Below are positions 20,546-29,883 of a stretch of DNA of 64,000 nt, one piece after another. Each line of letters opens with the position of its first letter. Within the stretch, counting starts at the first letter, position 1. The notes under the pieces are model-generated. The model was given only the letters and a program-made list of their open reading frames with translations. It did not search any database and was not told the origin of the DNA. The position numbers were made by a program, and so were the translations under genes. Origin of the DNA: an uncultured bacterium (lineage in GTDB: Bacteria; Krumholzibacteriota; Krumholzibacteriia; LZORAL124-64-63); contig CAIOLW010000365.1 of the NCBI GenBank assembly GCA_903859215.1, forward strand, positions 854 to 64,853, given 5' to 3'.

Positions 20546-22108
20546 ATGGCACAGATCCCGGTTTACATCCCGGCGGCCGTGGCGGCCGCGGTGTTCCTCG
20601 TCGTGGGGTGGCAGCTTGCCGCCCGGCGCGGGGCGCGGTTGCACGGTCAGTCGGTCGAGGCGCGCGAGCGGATGCTCGAGGATGCCCGCAGGGAAGCGGT
20701 CGCCGTCCAGAAGGCGGCGGAGCTCGCGGCGCGCGAAGAGGTGTTCCAGGCGCGCGAGCGCTTCGAGGCGGAAACCGACAAGACGCGTCGCGAGACGCGC
20801 GCCCGCCAGGAGACGCTGGATCGCCGCGAGGACAGCCTCGACAAGAAGTCGTCCCTCGTCGAACAGAAGGAGGCGCGGCTGGTCCAGCAGGAAGAGGACC
20901 TCCGCAAGCGCGCCGCCGACATCGAGCGCGAGCACGCCGTCGCTGTGGCCCTGGTGGCGCAGCAGACGGCGAAACTCGAGCAGGTCGCCGGCATGACTGC
21001 CGAACGGGCGCGCGACACCCTCGTCGAGAACATGATCACCGATGCCCGCCATGCCGCGGCGCTGGGCGTGCAGCAGGCCCGCGAGGAAGCGGATCGCACG
21101 TCGAAGCGCGAATCGATCAAGATCCTCAGCCTGGCCATCCAGCGCTATGCCGCCGACCATGTCGCCGAGTCCACGGTCTCGGTCGTCGACCTGCCGGGCG
21201 ACGACATGAAGGGCCGCATCATCGGCCGCGACGGCCGCAACATCCGTTCCTTCGAGCAGGCCACCGGCGTGGACGTCATCATCGACGACACGCCCGGCGC
21301 GGTCATCGTGTCGGGTTTCGACCCGGTGCGGCGCGAGATCGCGCGGCAGTCGCTCGAGATACTGATCCGCGACGGTCGCATCCATCCCGCGCGCATCGAG
21401 GAGGTCGTGCAGAAGACGACCGCGGAACTGCACGAGCGCATCCGCGAGATCGGCGAGCAATCCTGCCTGGAACTGGGCCTGAAGGGCATCAACCCCGAAC
21501 TGTATCCCTACATCGGCCGCCTGCACTACCGCACCAGCTACGGGCAGAACCTGCTGAAGCACGCGTCGGAAGTGGCGGCGGTGTCGGGCGTCATCGCCAG
21601 CGAACTCGGGCTGGACCCGAAGCTGGCGCGGCGATGCGGTTTCCTGCATGACGTCGGCAAGGCTGCCGACCACGAGTTCGAGGGACCGCACGCGTTGATC
21701 GGCGCGCGGCTGTGCAAGAAGTTCGGCGAGGACGCGACGGTGGTCAACGCCGTCGGCGGGCACCACCAGGACGTCGAGGCGTCGTCGCCCTACACCTACA
21801 TCACGGCCGCGGCGGACGCGGTGTCGGCCTCGCGGCCGGGCGCGCGACGCGAGAGCGTCGACACCTACGTGGAACGGCTCGAACATCTCGAGAAGATCGC
21901 CGACAGCTTCGACGGCGTGGAGAAGTCCTATGCCATCCAGGCCGGGCGCGAGGTGCGCGTGATGGTCAACCACACGAAGGTCTCGGACGCCGAGGCGGCG
22001 CTGCTGGCCGAGGAAGTCAGCCGGCGCATCGAGGCCGAGCTGGAGTACCCGGGGCAGATCCGCATCATGGTGATCCGCGAGACGCGGGCGACGGCAGTGG
22101 CGCGCTAG
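20546..22108 (+). CDS. rny: ribonuclease Y
   Basis: 520 aa with an N-terminal TM helix, a coiled coil, a KH domain (GRIIGRDGRNIRSFEQATGVDVIIDD) and an HD domain (GFLHDVGKAADHE). Confidence 0.95.
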   Translation: MAQIPVYIPAAVAAAVFLVVGWQLAARRGARLHGQSVEARERMLEDARREAVAVQKAAELAAREEVFQARERFEAETDKTRRETRARQETLDRREDSLDKKSSLVEQKEARLVQQEEDLRKRAADIEREHAVAVALVAQQTAKLEQVAGMTAERARDTLVENMITDARHAAALGVQQAREEADRTSKRESIKILSLAIQRYAADHVAESTVSVVDLPGDDMKGRIIGRDGRNIRSFEQATGVDVIIDDTPGAVIVSGFDPVRREIARQSLEILIRDGRIHPARIEEVVQKTTAELHERIREIGEQSCLELGLKGINPELYPYIGRLHYRTSYGQNLLKHASEVAAVSGVIASELGLDPKLARRCGFLHDVGKAADHEFEGPHALIGARLCKKFGEDATVVNAVGGHHQDVEASSPYTYITAAADAVSASRPGARRESVDTYVERLEHLEKIADSFDGVEKSYAIQAGREVRVMVNHTKVSDAEAALLAEEVSRRIEAELEYPGQIRIMVIRETRATAVAR

Positions 22109-22134
22109 GCGGCGCGCGCAGGAGGGGAGGCCGG

Positions 22135-23016
22135 GTGGAAACGCTGATACTCAAGGGCGCGCCGGTGCGCGACGCCGTGTTCGCGGAACTGAAGACGAAG
22201 GTCGCCGCGGCGCCGCGCCGGCCCGGGTTGGCCGTCGTGCTCGTGGGCGACGACGCGGCCTCGGCCGTGTACGTCAGCCACAAGGAGAAAGGCTGCGACG
22301 AGGTGGGGTTCCACCACGTCACGCACCGCCTGCCGGCAGCGACGCCCCAGGGCGAGGTGCTGTCGCTCGTGGCGCGCCTGAATGCCGACCCGGCCATCGA
22401 CGGCATCCTCGTGCAGCTGCCGCTGCCCGCGGGCATCGACCAGGAGGCCGTCCTGCTGGCGGTCGACCCGCGCAAGGACGTCGACGGCTTCCATCCCGCC
22501 AACCTCGGGCGGCTCGTGGCGGGTCGCCCGCGCTTCGTGCCCTGCACGCCGAAGGGCATCCTGCGGCTGCTGGCGCACTACGGCATCACGACCCGCGGCA
22601 AGCGCGTGGCGGTGGTCGGGCGCAGCGTCATCGTGGGGCGTCCGGTCAGCCTGCTGCTGTCGCTCAAGGGGGTCATGGGCGATGCGACCGTGACGATGTG
22701 CCATTCGGCGACGCGCGACCTGCCGGCGGTGACGTCGGCGTGCGACATCGTGATCGCCGCGATCGGCGCGCCGCGGTTCCTGGGCGCCGATGCGATCGCT
22801 CCCGGGGCCGTGGTGGTGGATGTCGGCATCAACCGCATCGACGATCCCACGCGCGCGTCGGGGCAGCGCCTGGTCGGCGACGTCGACGAGGCGGCGGTGA
22901 TGGGCCGCGCCGGCGCGCTGACGCCCGTGCCCGGCGGCGTGGGGCCGATGACGATCGCGATGCTGCTCGAAAACACGTGGGAAGCGTTCGCGCGCGCGGA
23001 GGGCCTCGATGGCTGA
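22135..23016 (+). CDS. folD: bifunctional methylenetetrahydrofolate dehydrogenase/cyclohydrolase
   Basis: GTG at 22135 follows GGAGGGGAGG. Signatures: LAVVLVGDDAASAVYVSHKEK, DGILVQLPLP, VVGRSVIVGRP and PVPGGVGPMTIAML. Confidence 0.93.
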   Translation: METLILKGAPVRDAVFAELKTKVAAAPRRPGLAVVLVGDDAASAVYVSHKEKGCDEVGFHHVTHRLPAATPQGEVLSLVARLNADPAIDGILVQLPLPAGIDQEAVLLAVDPRKDVDGFHPANLGRLVAGRPRFVPCTPKGILRLLAHYGITTRGKRVAVVGRSVIVGRPVSLLLSLKGVMGDATVTMCHSATRDLPAVTSACDIVIAAIGAPRFLGADAIAPGAVVVDVGINRIDDPTRASGQRLVGDVDEAAVMGRAGALTPVPGGVGPMTIAMLLENTWEAFARAEGLDG

Positions 23017-23941
23017 CGCGGGCGCGGCGCCGGATTCGGCGCGGGAGTTGCGGCGACAGTTGCAAAGAGAGGCGCGCGCGGTCGAGAGGGCGCTCACCCG
23101 CTGCCTGAAGGCCGAGCCGGGCGTGCCGCCCCGGTTGCGCCGGGCGATGGCGCACAGCCTGCTGGGCGGGGGCAAGCGGCTGCGGCCGGTGCTGCTCCTG
23201 TGGGCGTACGACGCGGTCGCGGCGAAACGCCGGCCGGTGGTGGGCCGGGACGCGGCCCTGGTCGCGGCGGCGGGCATCGAGATGCTCCACACGTACTCGC
23301 TGATCCACGACGACCTGCCGGCGATGGATGATGATGTGCTGCGCCGCGGGCGCCCGACCTGCCACGTCGTCTTCGGCGAGGCGACGGCGATCCTGGCGGG
23401 CGACGCCCTGCAGGCGCGCGGCTTCGGGCTCCTGGCCGAAGGGGGCGGCCCGGCGGCCGGAAGGCTGGTCGCGCGGTTGGCGGCGGCCGTGGGGCCGGCG
23501 GGGATGGTCGGCGGGCAGCAGTGCGACCTCGAGGCCGAGGGCCGGCCCGTGACCGCGGCCTCGGTGCGGCGCATCCACCTGGGCAAGACGGCGCGGCTGC
23601 TGGCGGCCGCCCTGGCCGCGGGAGCGGACCTGGGGGGCGCCACGCCGCGCACGGTCGCCGCTGTCGAGGCGGCGGGACTCGAGCTGGGACTGGCCTTCCA
23701 GGGCGCGGACGACCTGCTGGACGTCACCGGGACGGCCGCGGAACTGGGCAAGACGGCCGGCAAGGACGCGGCGGCGGGCAAGGCCACCTGGGTCCGGGTC
23801 GAGGGGCTGGAGGCCGCGCGCCGGCGCACGCTCCGGCTGGGCGAGCAGGGGTTGGCCGACCTGGGCGCGGCGTTGCCGGCCGGGCCGGGCCGCGAGCGCC
23901 TGATGGCCCTCGGGGCGATGATGTGGCGACGGGACCGCTGA
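23009..23941 (+). CDS. ispA: polyprenyl diphosphate synthase (farnesyl/geranylgeranyl diphosphate synthase)
   Basis: FARM motif LIHDDLPAMDDDVLRRGRPTCH and SARM motif FQGADDLLD. Overlaps the folD stop by 8 nt. Confidence 0.9.
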   Translation: MADAGAAPDSARELRRQLQREARAVERALTRCLKAEPGVPPRLRRAMAHSLLGGGKRLRPVLLLWAYDAVAAKRRPVVGRDAALVAAAGIEMLHTYSLIHDDLPAMDDDVLRRGRPTCHVVFGEATAILAGDALQARGFGLLAEGGGPAAGRLVARLAAAVGPAGMVGGQQCDLEAEGRPVTAASVRRIHLGKTARLLAAALAAGADLGGATPRTVAAVEAAGLELGLAFQGADDLLDVTGTAAELGKTAGKDAAAGKATWVRVEGLEAARRRTLRLGEQGLADLGAALPAGPGRERLMALGAMMWRRDR

Positions 23942-23969
23942 CGGCCCGCAGGCCCGAACGGGAGGCTCG

Positions 23970-24413
23970 GTGAGTGGCTGGCCGATATGGGCGCAGGTCA
24001 TGGCTTGCGCCGTGACCGGGCAGACCGCGAAATTCGTGGTGTACTCGCTGGTTGGGCGCCGGCCCGTGCCGGCCGCGCTGTTCCAGGGCTACGGGGCGCC
24101 CAGCCTGCCGGCGGCCGGCCTGTCGTGCCTGCTGGCGCTGATGGTCATCCACGCGGGCTGGCAGTCGCCGGAGGCCTCGTTCGCGCTGGTGCTGGCGGTG
24201 GTGGCCGTGCACGACATGGTGAAGCTGCGGTTGGCGGCGACGCGGCAGCGCGAGATCGTGCACGCGATCGTCACTGCCGAGCCCGAAGCCGGGCCGCTGC
24301 GCAAGCGGGTCGTGGGCTACCTGGACCCCCTGACCCACCACCCGGCGCACGTGGTGGCCGGGGTCCTGTTCGGAATCCTGTTCGCGGTGGCCGTGGCGCC
24401 GGGACCGCGGTAG
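23970..24413 (+). CDS. small polytopic membrane protein, divergent PAP2 / DUF212-like
   Basis: 147 aa with 3-4 predicted TM helices. Its architecture is colinear with YuiD-type DUF212 proteins, but the usual GMPSSHS-like motif reads GAPSLPA. Confidence 0.5.
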   Translation: MSGWPIWAQVMACAVTGQTAKFVVYSLVGRRPVPAALFQGYGAPSLPAAGLSCLLALMVIHAGWQSPEASFALVLAVVAVHDMVKLRLAATRQREIVHAIVTAEPEAGPLRKRVVGYLDPLTHHPAHVVAGVLFGILFAVAVAPGPR

Positions 24414-24494
24414 TCTGGACGATCGGAGCCCGGTGGCTCCCGCCGGTCGCAGCAGGCGAAAGGCGGGCACCCCGGCCGGAGCAAGGAAGTCAGC

Positions 24495-26411
24495 ATGGGA
24501 GCGATCCTGCCCGGCATCCGCGGGCCCGAAGACCTCAAGAGCCTGACCGGCGGGCAACTGGTCGAGCTCTGCGCCGAGTTGCGCGAGCAGATCATCTCGT
24601 CGGTCTCGCGCACGGGTGGTCACCTGGGTGCGAGCCTCGGCGTGGTCGAACTGACGGTGGCCCTCCATCGCGTGTTCGAATCGCCCCGCGACAAGATCGT
24701 CTGGGACGTGGGCCACCAGGCCTACGGCCACAAGCTGCTGACCGGCCGCCTGGCCGGCTTCGACACGCTGCGCCGCCGGGGCGGCGTCTCCGGTTTCCCG
24801 AAGCGCAGCGAGAGCGAGCACGACACCTTCGGCGTCGGGCACGCCAGCACGTCGATCAGCGCCGCTGTCGGGTACGCGGCCGCGCGCGACGCCCGCGGCG
24901 GAGACAACGCGGTCATCGCGGTGATCGGCGACGGCGCGCTGACCGGCGGCCTGGCCTACGAGGGCCTGAACAACGCCGGCCTGCTCGGCACCAACCTCAT
25001 CGTCATCCTCAACGACAACCAGATGAGCATCTCGCCGAATGTCGGCGCGATCGCCAAGCACCTGACGCGCATCACCAGCGGACGCCACTACCTGCGCATG
25101 GAGGCGGACCTCTGGCAGTTCCTCGGGAAGATGCCCAGCGGCGGCAAGGCGCAGAAGCTGGCCGGGCGCGTCAAGGAGAGCCTCAAGCAGCTGGTCGTGC
25201 CGACGGTGCTGTTCGAGGAGCTGGGCTTCAGCTACTACGGACCGCTTGACGGGCACGACCTGCCGGTCCTGATCGACACGCTGCAGGCGGTCAGGAAGAT
25301 CAAGGGCCCGATCGTGATCCATGTGGTCACCGAGAAGGGCAAAGGCTACCGCTTCGCCGAAGAGGACGACCAGCGCTACCACGGCGTCGGCAAGTTCGAC
25401 AAATCCGAGGGGATCAAGGTCGTCGCGCCGGTGATCCCGTCGTACACCGACGTCTTCGGCGACACGCTCGCATCGCTTGCCGCGGCCGACCCGCGCATCC
25501 ACGGCATCACGGCCGCCATGCTCTCGGGCACGGGCCTCGAGAGGCTGTGCGCCGAGGCGCCGATGCGCTGCCACGACGTGGGCATCGCCGAGGGCCACGC
25601 GGTCACGTTCGCGGCCGGGCTGGCCTGCGACGGCGCGCGGCCTGTCGTCGCCGTCTATTCGACCTTCCTGCAGCGCGCGGTCGACCAGATCATCCACGAC
25701 GTGGCGCTGCAGCACCTGCCGGTGGTGTTCGCGGTCGATCGCGGCGGCGTCGTCGGCGAGGACGGCCCGACGCACCACGGCGTCTTCGACCTGACCTTCC
25801 TGCGCATGGTGCCCGGCATGATGGTGATGGCGCCGCGCGACGAGGACCAGCTGCGCCACATGCTGGCCACCGCGCTGGCCTGCGAAGACGGGCCGAGCGC
25901 GCTGCGCTACCCGCGCGGGGCCGGGCTGGGCGTGGCCATGGACGGGCCGCCGCAGCCCCTGCCGATCGGGAGCTCCGAGACGCTGCGGCTGGGCGGCGAT
26001 GCCTGCCTGCTGGCCGTCGGCACGCTCGTGCACCCGGCGCTCGCGGCGGCGGAACTGCTGGCCCGTCGCGGCATCGAGGTCGAGGTGGTCGACATGCGGT
26101 TCATCAAGCCGCTGGACGAGGCCCTCCTGGCCGCTGTCTGGCGGCGGCATCGCGAGGTCTTCACGCTCGAGGAGAACACGGTCGTGGGCGGTTTCGGCGC
26201 CGGCGTGCTGGAGTGGGGAGCCGCGCACGACGAGGCCGCGCCGCCGCGCGTGACCTGCATCGGCATTCCCGACACGTTCCAGGAGCACGCCACCCGCGCC
26301 GAACTGCTGGCGGGCATGGGCCTGGATGCGTCCGGCCTGGTCGAGCGCATCGCGAAGCGGCTGGCCCACGGGCATGGCGGCGGCTCGCGGGCAGCCGGGA
26401 GCGCGTCTTGA
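24495..26411 (+). CDS. dxs: 1-deoxy-D-xylulose-5-phosphate synthase
   Basis: 638 aa with GGHLGASLGVVELTVALH, the GDGALTGGLAYEGLNNAG thiamine-diphosphate motif and DRGGVVGEDGPTHHG. Confidence 0.97.
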   Translation: MGAILPGIRGPEDLKSLTGGQLVELCAELREQIISSVSRTGGHLGASLGVVELTVALHRVFESPRDKIVWDVGHQAYGHKLLTGRLAGFDTLRRRGGVSGFPKRSESEHDTFGVGHASTSISAAVGYAAARDARGGDNAVIAVIGDGALTGGLAYEGLNNAGLLGTNLIVILNDNQMSISPNVGAIAKHLTRITSGRHYLRMEADLWQFLGKMPSGGKAQKLAGRVKESLKQLVVPTVLFEELGFSYYGPLDGHDLPVLIDTLQAVRKIKGPIVIHVVTEKGKGYRFAEEDDQRYHGVGKFDKSEGIKVVAPVIPSYTDVFGDTLASLAAADPRIHGITAAMLSGTGLERLCAEAPMRCHDVGIAEGHAVTFAAGLACDGARPVVAVYSTFLQRAVDQIIHDVALQHLPVVFAVDRGGVVGEDGPTHHGVFDLTFLRMVPGMMVMAPRDEDQLRHMLATALACEDGPSALRYPRGAGLGVAMDGPPQPLPIGSSETLRLGGDACLLAVGTLVHPALAAAELLARRGIEVEVVDMRFIKPLDEALLAAVWRRHREVFTLEENTVVGGFGAGVLEWGAAHDEAAPPRVTCIGIPDTFQEHATRAELLAGMGLDASGLVERIAKRLAHGHGGGSRAAGSAS

Positions 26412-27316
26412 CGCCCGGGTCAGGGCGGGGTCCCCTGCGCGCTGTCGGCCTGCTGGGCAACGCCTCGAAGGCGGACCTGCCGCCGGCGATCGAGGTGGCG
26501 GCGGCGGCGTGCCGTGCCCATGGCGTGCAGCTCCTGGCGGCGACGGAACTGGCCGGTGTGGTGCCCGAGGGCGTCGCCGTGCTGGAACCCGACGCGCTGG
26601 TGGCGGCCTGCGACGTGATCGTGGCGCTCGGCGGGGACGGAACGATGCTGCGCGCAACGCGCGTGCTGGGCAGTTCGGGCGTGCCGCTGCTGGGCGTGAA
26701 CCTGGGTTCGCTCGGCTACCTCACCGACATCCCCGTGCCGGAACTGACGCGCGCCTTCGACCAGCTCGTGGCCGGCGACTTCCACCTCGAGGACCGCACG
26801 CAGGTCAGTTGCCGCGTCGTGCGCGGCAAGCGGGATGTGATGAGCCTGTCCGCGCTCAACGACCTCGTCATCAACATGGGCCCGCTGCCGCGCGCCATCG
26901 AGATGGAGCTGCGGCTGGACGGCGACTCGCTCGGGCACTTCCTGGGTGACGGCGTCGTGGTCAGCACGCCGACGGGCTCGACCGCGTACAACCTCTCGGC
27001 GGGCGGCCCCATCTGCGGTTGCGCCGTGCCGTGCCTGCTCATCGCCCCGATCTGCCCGCACGCGCTGGGCATGCGCCCGCTGGTGGTGCCGGAATCGACG
27101 GCGATCGAGATCATCGTGCTGAAGACCGGCGAGGGCGCCGTGCTCACGGCGGACGGCCAGGAGACCTGCACGCTGGCCGACGGCGACCACCTCGTGTTCG
27201 GCGTCTCGGAGACGCGCGTGCGGCTGGTCAAGTTCCCGCAGAGCAGTTTCTACCGCGTGATGCGCCACAAGCTGAACTGGGGCGGCCCGCGCCGTCGCGA
27301 ACGGAAGGGCCGCTGA
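26408..27316 (+). CDS. nadK: NAD(+) kinase
   Basis: The in-frame TTG at 26408 overlaps the dxs stop. Signatures: GGDGTMLRA motif, NLGSLGYLT and STPTGSTAYNLSAGGPI. The track merges it with out-of-frame dxs sequence (25547..27316). Confidence 0.88.
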   Translation: MTPGSGRGPLRAVGLLGNASKADLPPAIEVAAAACRAHGVQLLAATELAGVVPEGVAVLEPDALVAACDVIVALGGDGTMLRATRVLGSSGVPLLGVNLGSLGYLTDIPVPELTRAFDQLVAGDFHLEDRTQVSCRVVRGKRDVMSLSALNDLVINMGPLPRAIEMELRLDGDSLGHFLGDGVVVSTPTGSTAYNLSAGGPICGCAVPCLLIAPICPHALGMRPLVVPESTAIEIIVLKTGEGAVLTADGQETCTLADGDHLVFGVSETRVRLVKFPQSSFYRVMRHKLNWGGPRRRERKGR

Positions 27317-29040
27317 TGCTGCGCGAACTGCGGGTGGCGCACCTGGCCCTGGTGGACGAGCTGGTCCTGCCGCTCGATGCGGGCCTGACGATGCTGACCG
27401 GCGAGACCGGCGCCGGCAAGTCGCTGATCGCCGGCGCGCTGTCGCTGCTGGGCGGCGGCAAGGCCGACCCGAAGCTGATCCGCGAGGGCGAGGACCTGGC
27501 GTGGGTCGAGGGCGTCTTCGACCTGGGCGAGAACGAGGCCGCCCTCGTTGCCTGCGCGGCGCTCGGCGTCCGCGTCGGCGCCGACGGCGTGCTCGTGCTG
27601 CGGCGCGAATTGCGGCGCGAGGGGCGCGGGCGCGTGCTCATCAACGGGCTCGTATCGTCGCAGGCGCTGCTCGAGGATGTCGGCGGACGGCTGGTGGCGA
27701 TCCAGAGCCAGGACCAGCAGCGGCAGTTGTCGCGGCCGGCGTTCGCGCGCGAGTTCCTCGACACCGCGCTGGGGCTCGACGTGGAGCTGGCGGCGATGCG
27801 CGAGGCGCTGGCGGCCCACCAGGCGGCTGCTGCGGCTCTCGCGCAGCGGCAGCGGGAAGAGGAATTCGCGCGGCGCCAGACGGAGATCTGGGCGTACCAG
27901 TACCGCGAGCTGTCCGAGATGCGCCTGCACGAAGGTGAAATCGAGCAGCTGGACGAGGACCTCGCCGTGGGCCGCAATGCCCGTGGCCTGCTGGAGGCGG
28001 CGGCGCGCGCGCTCGAAGCGCTGGGCGATGGGCAACCTTCGGCGCGGGAACTGCTCGGCGTGGCTGAGGGTGCGCTGGCGCCGCTGGAGTCGACCAGCGG
28101 GCGGCTGGGCGCCGTGGTCCGCATGATTCGTGATGCCGAAGCGCTGGCGGCCGAGGCGGCCAGCGACCTGCAACACTTCCTGGATGGGCTGGAAGTCGAC
28201 CCCGCGAAGCTGGACGAATGGGAGGAGCGGCGCGCGCAGTACCAGACGCTGTGCCGCAAGTACCAGCACGACGTGGCCGGGCTCATCGCACTGCGTGACG
28301 AGCTTGCGGAACAGCTGGAACGGCAGCGCGGCGCCGTCGGCGACCTGCAGGCGCTGGAGGACGCCCTGGCGGCGGCCGGGTGCGCGGCGGCCGAGGCGGC
28401 GCTGGCCCTGCGCCGGCGGCGGCTGGACGGCGCCGCGGGCATCGCTAGGCGCGCGGCGGAACTGATCCGCCCGCTGGCCCTGCCCGACCTGGAACTGAAG
28501 TTCGTCGTCGAGCCGGACCTGGAAGCGGGCGGGCCGGTGGACCTGGAGGGACGGCGTTGCCGGCTGACCGGGCACGGTGCGGACGTCGTGCGCATGGAGG
28601 TGCGGACCAACCGCGGCGAGGCGCCCGGCGACGTGGCGAAGATCGCCTCGGGCGGCGAGCGCTCGCGCATCTTCCTGGGGCTGTCGGTGGTGGGCGATCG
28701 CGCGGCCGAGCGGCCGCTGCTGCTCTTCGACGAAATCGACGCCGGCCTGGGCATGGACAATGCGCGCCCGGTGGCCGCCCTGCTGGCGCGGCTGGCCGCC
28801 GGCCGCCAGGTCATGTGCATCACGCACCTGGCGACCGTCGCGGTGGCCGGCGACCGGCACTGGGTGGTCCGCAAGGCCACACGGGGCAAGCGAACGGTCC
28901 TGGGCGTGGTGGAAGTGGCGGCCGAGGAGCGGGTCGACGAAGTGGCCCGGCTGCTCGGCGGCGCCGCCGAAAAGAAGGATGCGGCGGAAACCCGCGTCGC
29001 CTACGCCCGGGAGTTGCTGGCCCGGGCGCAGGAAGGCTGA
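27316..29040 (+). CDS. recN: DNA repair protein RecN
   Basis: ATG at 27316 overlaps the nadK stop by 1 nt. Walker A GETGAGKSLI, a long coiled-coil middle and a C-terminal SGGERSRIFLGL / LLLFDEIDAGL. Confidence 0.93.
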   Translation: MLRELRVAHLALVDELVLPLDAGLTMLTGETGAGKSLIAGALSLLGGGKADPKLIREGEDLAWVEGVFDLGENEAALVACAALGVRVGADGVLVLRRELRREGRGRVLINGLVSSQALLEDVGGRLVAIQSQDQQRQLSRPAFAREFLDTALGLDVELAAMREALAAHQAAAAALAQRQREEEFARRQTEIWAYQYRELSEMRLHEGEIEQLDEDLAVGRNARGLLEAAARALEALGDGQPSARELLGVAEGALAPLESTSGRLGAVVRMIRDAEALAAEAASDLQHFLDGLEVDPAKLDEWEERRAQYQTLCRKYQHDVAGLIALRDELAEQLERQRGAVGDLQALEDALAAAGCAAAEAALALRRRRLDGAAGIARRAAELIRPLALPDLELKFVVEPDLEAGGPVDLEGRRCRLTGHGADVVRMEVRTNRGEAPGDVAKIASGGERSRIFLGLSVVGDRAAERPLLLFDEIDAGLGMDNARPVAALLARLAAGRQVMCITHLATVAVAGDRHWVVRKATRGKRTVLGVVEVAAEERVDEVARLLGGAAEKKDAAETRVAYARELLARAQEG

Positions 29041-29067
29041 CCACCAGTTAGCCTGTCCAAGCTGCAT

Positions 29068-29096
29068 TTGACTGGGCTGGCCGCATGCCCCATTAT
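29068..29096 (+). promoter_or_regulatory. candidate promoter for tRNA-Arg(CCG): TTGACT-N17-CATTAT
   Basis: -35 at 29068-29073 and -10 at 29091-29096. The tRNA starts 14 nt downstream. Confidence 0.5.
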
Positions 29097-29109
29097 TCCG
29101 CTCCACGGT

Positions 29110-29186
29110 GCGCCCGTAGCTCAGCTGGATAGAGCGTCTGCCTCCGGAGCAGAAGGTCGTGAGTTCGAATCTCGCCGGGCGTACCA
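29110..29186 (+). tRNA. tRNA-Arg (anticodon CCG)
   Basis: Acceptor GCGCCCG/CGGGCGT, anticodon arm TCTGC-CTCCGGA-GCAGA, T arm GTGAG-TTCGAAT-CTCGC. Encoded CCA, 77 nt. Confidence 0.9.
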
Positions 29187-29208
29187 TCCCCAACCCCTGT
29201 CACGGGAC

Positions 29209-29391
29209 ATGAATATCCTCCTGCGCTTCATCCTGGTGCTGGCGGCCTGGTGGGTCGCCCGCGGTTTCTATCGCGCCTGGCGCCTGAACGCCGCCCGGGA
29301 CAAGGAGCGCCGCCGCGCCGCCGCGACGGGCCGTTTCACCAACCTGTCGGACCAGGAAGTCAGCGATGCTGATTTCGAAGAAATCCCCTAG
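29209..29391 (+). CDS. small membrane protein (one N-terminal TM helix, acidic DADFEEIP C-terminus)
   Basis: 60 aa from the ATG at 29209 (MNILLRFILVLAAWWVARGF...). High GC3. The layout is reminiscent of DUF4834-type small proteins (from memory, not verified). Confidence 0.45.
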   Translation: MNILLRFILVLAAWWVARGFYRAWRLNAARDKERRRAAATGRFTNLSDQEVSDADFEEIP

Positions 29392-29458
29392 GCCGAGCGA
29401 GCGCTTCTTCACGGGGCCCGGAAACGGGAATCCCGGCGATTTCCCGCTGCGCCGCTAC

Positions 29459-29773
29459 ATGCGCCTGCGCGAGGACCTCGGGTCCGGCGCCGCCCACGCC
29501 GCCCTGACCCTGGTGCTGCTGGCCCTGGTCGTGGCCCTCGGCCGGGCCGCCCTGGGGCTGTTCCGGGTGCGCGGAGCGGGCTTGAGCCCATGGTACGGCC
29601 GGTCTGTATGGATGTTGATTGCCATTTTCACCCTTTCGGTTGCCCGGGTTTTGTATTACAAATTCAGGGATCTACGCCGGATACGGCGCGAGATGCAGCA
29701 CTTGCGGGCGACGTTCCGGCAGTCGGGGGATGGGGACGCCACCGCGGGCAACAGCAGGCAACGGCGGCATTAA
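29459..29773 (+). CDS. hypothetical two-TM membrane protein
   Basis: 104 aa from the ATG at 29459 (an alternative start at 29366 overlaps the previous ORF). Two hydrophobic helices and a basic C-terminus. No recognisable family. Confidence 0.4.
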   Translation: MRLREDLGSGAAHAALTLVLLALVVALGRAALGLFRVRGAGLSPWYGRSVWMLIAIFTLSVARVLYYKFRDLRRIRREMQHLRATFRQSGDGDATAGNSRQRRH

Positions 29774-29883
29774 GTCGGGGCCTCTCGCGGTCGATGTTGT
29801 TAAGAACCAAACCTTTGCCCGATCTGCGCCCCATACCGGCGGCGCGGGGCGGGGCCACGCCTTCAAGATCCAAGAGGTGTCCC

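Noticed and set aside
25547-27316. 589-aa ORF suggesting a large fusion protein ending in NAD kinase.
   Set aside because: The first about 287 codons are an out-of-frame read of dxs (Arg/Gly/Pro-rich). Only the last about 302 codons, from TTG 26408, resemble NadK.
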